This document shows, piece by piece, positions 35,660 through 41,656 of a stretch of 41,656 nt of DNA. Made by a program: the position numbers and the translations under genes. Numbering within the stretch: position 1 is the first letter of the stretch; each line of letters opens with the position of its first letter. Origin of the DNA: Chiloscyllium plagiosum (lineage: Eukaryota); assembly GCF_004010195.1 (NCBI RefSeq), contig NC_057719.1, positions 53,954,541 to 53,996,196 of the forward strand, read 5' to 3'. Below the pieces are notes generated by a model. The model was not told where the DNA came from. It made no database searches and saw only the letters and a program-made list of their open reading frames with translations.

Positions 35660-36730
35660 TGACAAAGTTAAAAATGGTGACAGTTGGAGAGAAAATGAAG
35701 TTGACACAGCAAGTCGAAAATTGTGGTTCGAAGGTTGATCAGGCATTTGCAAAGTATGAAATATTGTACCATCAAGTATGTCCATCATTATAGAGGGCAA
35801 GGCAAACATCTGAGACCAGTTTGACCAGTAGGCAGTATCTTCAGCAAGGAAGAGGATGAGAATAGCTGCATAACTGATTTTGAGTGTAATGTGCTTCTGA
35901 GCAGCTTGAGCTGGGATCATTGCCACCTTCAGTGCAATCTTGCAGGGAAGAAGAGGGACTGTGGAAAAGAGGTTAGGCCTCAAGGAATTCACATGCAATG
36001 ATGGATGACTGGATTGATTTAAGAAAAGAACTGGAATTGCATTCCACAGATTAAGAGTGAGGGTTTGACGGCTATAACAACAAACACAGCTGATTTGCTA
36101 CAAAATTGCCTTCCCTAGGTCCTGAACAAATTTGCACCAAGAGACATTTAAATACAGATGAAACAAAACTGCTTTACCATTTTGTTCTAATTACCTTTGA
36201 TTTTTAAAAATGTAATGAAGACAAGTTGAGTAAGGAATGTGCCACTCCTATGGTCTGCAGCAACATTGATGGAACCAAATATCTGCCACGTTTTGTGACA
36301 GGGCGATTCAAGAAAACACGTTGTTTTGTGAATGTCAAGATTCTATCCACAGAACACAACTACCTGGATATCCTCCAGAATTTTTGGAGTATGCATCATG
36401 AAAGTGTGAAAAATGCAGATATAGAAGAAAAGAAAGATATAATAATTACAGGAAATTGCCATGCACATCCCAACATCAATTTGATGCTTTAGGGACCAGT
36501 GATGACCTGGACCTCAGCATCACAATCAAGCTTGAACAAATAGATTGGGTTACCTCGGAACTTGAAAACCAACCACCAATGGTAGCTGATCTCTCAGTTA
36601 ACAAGACAATTGATAAGAAGCAGGAGTATAACACAACTATTTGAGAGGCCATGTTCATGATAAAGTGGGTGTGGCAGTAGTGGCAGAAGCCGCAATCACC
36701 AACTGCTTCAGCTCTACCGGGCTCAAGTGG
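35660..36730 (+). pseudogene. pogo/Tigger (TIGD4/6-like, CENP-B family) transposase relic
   Basis: LGLKEFTCNDG*LD*FKKRTGI (CENP-B HTH end), FAPRDI*NTDETKLLY (first D), KLSKECATPMVCSNIDGTKYLPRFVTGRFKKTRCF, IIITGNCHAHP (decayed DN..AH), AMFMIKWVWQ..AITNCF. Confidence 0.87.
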
Positions 36731-37654
36731 GCAATGACTGCAGTTTAAAAAGATTTTTATCTTTAATATTGTTTGGAGGACTTCAGTTTTGAAGGAGTTT
36801 GGGAAATAAAGATATTTCTGGAGTTGTTTATTCAAAAGAAGCTTTTGAAAGATCACTGTGAATTTTGAACTTGTTTTGACAGGCTTCCTGGAAATCACAT
36901 GACTGGTGATTGTTGCTTGTTTTGCTGAGCTTTTGGAGAAGTTTTTGTTTTATCTAACAGAGTTGGTGGAAATGACAGAATTCTAGCATCGAGGGTGACA
37001 GAAGATCCCTTGTCCTCCTATTACCTTTATGTCTGACTGCTAGCTAGCTGACTTCCAGCACTTAGAGTGAGAAAAGTCCTTCCGCTTCAATACAGGGGTG
37101 ACTGTGGAAAGATTATTTCATTGTGGCTTGTCACAGAACTCCAATACTCAAACCCAGTCTCACTAGCATTCCAGTGGACTTGAAACTGCTTTATTTCACC
37201 ACGATTTTGCATATTCCTTCAAGGGAAAAGCAAAATGTGTCCACAATTTGTGTCATAATCCACAATGGTTGGTTTTCTGGTGAGCAAGTGAGGGTATATG
37301 TTTGTATAGGTTTTTTGCTGCTATTTAGACAGGTAATTATATATCTTCCTGTATTCGTCACTATGTATGGTAATCAACTGTTGCAGTTTATTCAATAAGT
37401 TCCGCCTTGATAATCAACCAATAATAACATTTAATAAGAAACTTCCTTGATAGACTTTTTTATTTAAAGTTTGATATAGATCAGGTATTTCATTGGTCGT
37501 CTTGGTAACTGGAGAATTTTTTTAGTTTTATGTCATGATCAGTGGAAGAGTGGGACTTTAGCAACAGTATAGTTCTCTCGCCTCAAGGCAAAACACAACA
37601 TAAGATACTGAGAATGAGGAGGGGGCAGGATGAGGCCAACAAACTTAATGATAA

Positions 37655-37755
37655 AATAAAAAACAGAAATCACTGGAGAAAGTCAGCAAATCTGGCAGTA
37701 TCTGTGGAGAAAAAGCAGAGTTAACGTTTCAAGGTCCAGTTACCCTTCTTCAGAA
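37655..37755 (-). mobile_element. Penelope 3'-end unit (third subfamily) with hammerhead-like core at 37723-37753
   Basis: Minus RNA CUGAAGA-AGGGU(aacug)GACCUU-GAAAC-GUU followed by ctccacagatactgccagatttgctgac. Confidence 0.75.
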
Positions 37756-38387
37756 TCGGATGATGAGTTCTTTCCGTTTACCCGTGAGAAGCCAGCACAA
37801 AAATTCCAGCAGAAACAACCATGGAAACTTGTGCCAAGGGATTTCCTTCGGATAGAGTACATTTGTAGACAAATTAATTTATGTAGGGCTCTCCACAGTC
37901 AACTTGAAGCTCCACTTACAACAAATTTGCTGGGGAACTCCATGCAGTTTGATTAATTGTGATTTTCCTGTTTTTATTTACATACTATTCTGTTCAGTAA
38001 CTACTACATGCAATTTATAATTGCCAAACAAGATGTTTTGTTGCCATTGCATATTGCAATTGTACAGAACAAATCTTATAACTGAATTGTGTTTCCTTCT
38101 TCATTGGCACTCCTTTTAACTCTACAGAATGCAACTATTTTTTCATGATTATATAATGTTAGGTCCGGATACAAAGCTTTCAGCGTTCCAAGCAGAGAGT
38201 ATCCAATTCTATTTGGCAGTACAACCTTTTACATTACAGTATGTGATACAGCTTCACATCATGATATATCATCAATATATCAGCGCAATGATGGTCTAAT
38301 TAGGTGCATAGAAGACATAAAGATCTCTAAGGTGAAGACATTAAGCTACAGTAACCAAATAAGCAACTAAATGTTGTACTCCTGTAC

Positions 38388-38602
38388 TTGGTTTAGCTCA
38401 GTTGGCTAGACAATTAGGTTGTGAGGTAGTGTTATGCTAACAGTACGGATTCAATTCCCATCACTAGCTAGTAACCATGAAGGACTCTTCTTCCCAACCT
38501 CTCCCACTGCCTGAGGCTTGGTGTCCCTTAGGTTAAATCACCAGCAGTTATGTCTGTCTCTAATGAGAGAGCAGCCTTTGCCTGGTAAGATGCTGGTGAC
38601 TC
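38388..38602 (+). mobile_element. tRNA-derived SINE (non-HE1 family)
   Basis: A box tagctcagttgg (~38392-38403) and B box ggattcaattccc (~38447-38459), followed by a non-tRNA body. Confidence 0.7.
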
Positions 38603-38624
38603 TCTCACACCTAAGATTTATTTG

Positions 38625-38748
38625 TGATTTGGAGATGTCGATGTTGAACTGGGGTGTACAAAGTTAAAAACCATACACCAGGTTATGGTCCAACAGGTTT
38701 ATTTGGAAGCAATAGCTTTCGGAGCGCTGCTCCTTCATCAGGTGGTTG
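38625..38748 (-). mobile_element. Penelope-type terminal unit with hammerhead-like core at 38717-38741
   Basis: Homologous to 8045-8153; minus RNA CUGAUGA-A-GGAGC(agc)GCUCC-GAAA with a perfect 5-bp stem II. Confidence 0.78.
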
Positions 38749-41068
38749 AGACTTTTTACAAGCCCTTCACAATAAAATACTTGCTTAAAGTTCATAAGAT
38801 AATTGACATTTCAGGCATAAAATTAATAAACATTCTCTTTCCCTATTGGCATTAAATTGAGTACATTAGAAACAACTTTCAACTATGCTCCAAATCAGTC
38901 AGGTGGTGTTCAATGATGTTGCTGTCTATCCTAATCCAGTTTCTTGGCTGAGATTCATATTAAAATTTATAATGTGATATTAACAGGAATTATACTTCCC
39001 ATAGGCAGCTCCATGATTTGGGAACAAAGAGGATGTGATGGTGCTTCAGTATTTATCTATAGCAGCATTCGACTCTCAAGGGAAATGCACTTCTTAAGAG
39101 CTGAAAGTTGGAGATATTTTTCACATTTTACAAACAGAGTAACTCAGTAGTATCTTTGGGCTCACAAATGATGCCTTGGAGCTCCTTTTGGAGAAATAAG
39201 TCAACAGCAGGAAGGAGATCTTCAATGTTAAAGGGCTCAGCGGAAAGTGCTCTGGAAGAAGCATGAGCCTGCTCTAAGATTGACAAAGGAAAACTACTAC
39301 ATGCTCAGCAGAAGAGCTTCACTTACTGGTTACTAAACCTAATTGAGCTGTAAAGAAAATGTATCCGACTAGTTTCATGTTTTTCAAAATGATTACGATG
39401 AGAGAGTAACTGCTCCTTTTTTTTAATGTATACACTTTCAGTCATGGGATGGCTTTATGAAAAAAAAACTCTTTCTGTGGATAATTTTAAATTGGAATGT
39501 GGCCGTGGCTCAAAAAGTTAACTTTCAACTTAGATAAACAACAGCAACATTTCATTAGAAACTTGGTACTTAACGGGATCAGGACTATTCTACATCAAGA
39601 CATGGATGGATTTTTGTAGAGATGACGGAAGTCTTGGGTGTAAGCTACAGACCTGACTAGACACCCGTGTCCCTGATTTTCAGGAATGGTTATTGCCATC
39701 CAGCTACCTAACAAGCCAATGTCAGAGCTTCCCCAGAATTAAGGACCCCAGAAGCAGGATTTTCACTCGCTGACAGCGACTGCTTAATTTGAGGTTGTAA
39801 CTTTTCTGTACGGAGCAGCATCACCTGAAAAGCAATGGCTGCTGCTGTTACTATACACACCCAAGTTTGCTTGATCAGGGAGGAAAACAGGCACAGACAT
39901 GTGTCAGCTGGGTCAGGGGGTAATAGCAGTTGATGGGGCTTGGTAACAAGGACAAGGGGGATGGTTTCAACAACATTCCTCCCATCGCCACTTTTTATTG
40001 TTTAGTTCCTCAACCAAATATGAATACCTTAGTTTGAGGCAACCCCTTGAAAGCTTACCTCAGCTCCCTGCATTGAGAGGGTCAGAAAGTGTGGTGCTGA
40101 GCTCCCTGACCAGCACTGGGTCAAAGAAAAAGCTGCATTAGGATGAGATCCTCTAGTATACATGAGTTGACCACAGGCTGAATGGGCGATGGTCCCTAAA
40201 TACCACTCACTCACCTGCTTAAATGACTCAGCCAGTTCTGTTAAATTGTAGCTGGCTGTACTATTAGAAAATGCATCAGCCCTTTTGTACTTCTTGATAT
40301 TTTCATAAATTCTGTATTTAGTGAAACATATATTTCGATGATTTTACTAAACCACATTAGTTGTAATGGATCCGTTGGTGAGCAGTTTTAGTGTCAGTTA
40401 AGGTACAGGTTTCAATTTTTACAGTCAACAATTGCAGAAGATTCTAAGTTAAATCATCTGTCCTTTCCTGCAGTGAATTTGGTTGTGATGGTGGTAATGG
40501 TGGCAGGCAGGGGGTGGGCATTTAATGGAGTGAGAGGGTGGCAAGTGACACTGTCTTGCCTCTGCCCCAATTAAGGACATGATAAAAAGGCCTGTATATT
40601 CTTTGATCCTTGTATGAGGGTAGTATCAGAAATAGCCAGCAGCTCCCCAGTGGTGCCACTAAGTGAAGAAAAGCTGCCAGCGTCTGATTCCCCAGTGGCT
40701 CCCAGTGGGTGGGAGGTATATCCCAGCTCCTTGATCCAGGGAAGGCCTGTGCTGGTCTGTGAAATGTCTGAATGGCACAGGATGCCACGAGGCAATTTTT
40801 TAAGGCATTGCTGAGGTCTCGCAGGCTCTTCAGCCAGTACCTGACAGCCTCTGTTGCCTCCACAAGGTCTGTCCATTGTTGCCAAATTTATTTTGCGATT
40901 AAATACAGATCAGACTCTGTGCGACATTGAGCCAAGAAGACTATTTATTGGGATGAGTTAAGATGGTAGTTTTCAGTGATGATTCTGTATTAAAAGTTCT
41001 CTTTTTTTGGAATCCGCTGTCACATCTGTGTCAATCGATGCAAATAAATAATGGATTATAGTTACAAC

Positions 41069-41656
41069 TTACTCCATCAGTTAGGGGGACAGATAGGAGG
41101 TTCTGTGGGGATGTGAGGAATCCACAGTTGGTGTGTTGCCTCCCAGGTGCCAGGGTTCGTGATGTCTCTGATTGTGTTTCTGGGATCCTTAAGGGGGAGG
41201 GGGAGCAGCCCCAAGTCGTGGTCCACATAGGCACCAACGACATAGGTAGGAAGAGAGATGGGGATTTAAGGCAGAAATTCAGAGAGCTAGGATGGAAGCT
41301 TAGTGCTAGGACGAACAGAGTTGTTGTCTCTGGTTTGTTGCCCGTGCCACATGCTAGTGAGGCAAGGAATAGGGAGAGAGAGGAGTTGAACACGTGGCTA
41401 CAGGGATGGTACAGGAGGGAGGGTTCTGGATTCTTGGATAATAGGGGTTCTTTCTAGGGTAGGTGGGACCTCTACAAGCAGGATGGTCTTCATCTGAACC
41501 AGAGGGGTACCAATATCCTGGGGGGGGAATTCGCTAAGGCTGTTGGGATGGGTTTAAACTAATCCAGCAGGGGGATGGGAACCAAAATTGTAGTTTGAGT
41601 ATAGAAAAGGTTGAGAGTAGGGAGGTCCGAAATCAAGTTTCAGGGACACAAGATGG
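41069..41656 (+). mobile_element. CR1 LINE 5' part: ORF1 SGNH/GDSL esterase domain (ends ~41561), running off the window
   Basis: VRGTDRRFCG, VCCLPGARVRDV, VVVHIGTNDIG, VVVSGLLP, premature stop at 41455-41457, then LYKQDGLHLNQRG (DxxH) and GLN*. Confidence 0.93.

Noticed and set aside
40522..40885. Three overlapping 66-113 aa ORFs
   Set aside because: GC-richer repeat-like DNA with no domain similarity; most likely a non-coding transposon derivative.
1..41656. CRISPR array, operon or prokaryotic RT-based defence system
   Set aside because: No regularly spaced repeats or intact gene clusters; all RT and nuclease motifs belong to disrupted eukaryotic retroelements.

Overview
Repeat-dense, non-coding vertebrate DNA, almost certainly from a shark. 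This is inferred from three HE1/V-SINE copies with (TAATC)n tails and from HER1/CR1-type LINEs. No intact protein-coding gene is supported. The ORF-track entries I could assign are frames through decayed transposons, and the rest look like chance ORFs. The window holds about 11 CR1 fragments (RT, 3' tails, two ORF1 SGNH-esterase pieces) and a split Penelope RT/GIY-YIG element. It also holds short Penelope 3'-end units carrying minimal hammerhead-ribozyme cores, and two minus-strand Gypsy gag-pol relics recognisable only by manual translation across stops and frameshifts. DNA transposon relics include a Harbinger (HARBI1-type) transposase, a pogo/Tigger transposase with a separate Tigger-type MITE, and a TTAA-flanked 74-bp near-perfect palindrome. 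There are also an internally deleted RTE, solo LTRs and several tRNA-derived SINEs. The most interesting patterns are the hammerhead-bearing ~100-bp units whose 5' ends cluster at the ribozyme core, the palindrome that pairs fully as minus-strand RNA, and multi-level nested insertions. I found no convincing novel multi-gene system. Family names come from remembered motif similarity, not database searches, and boundaries of old elements are approximate.
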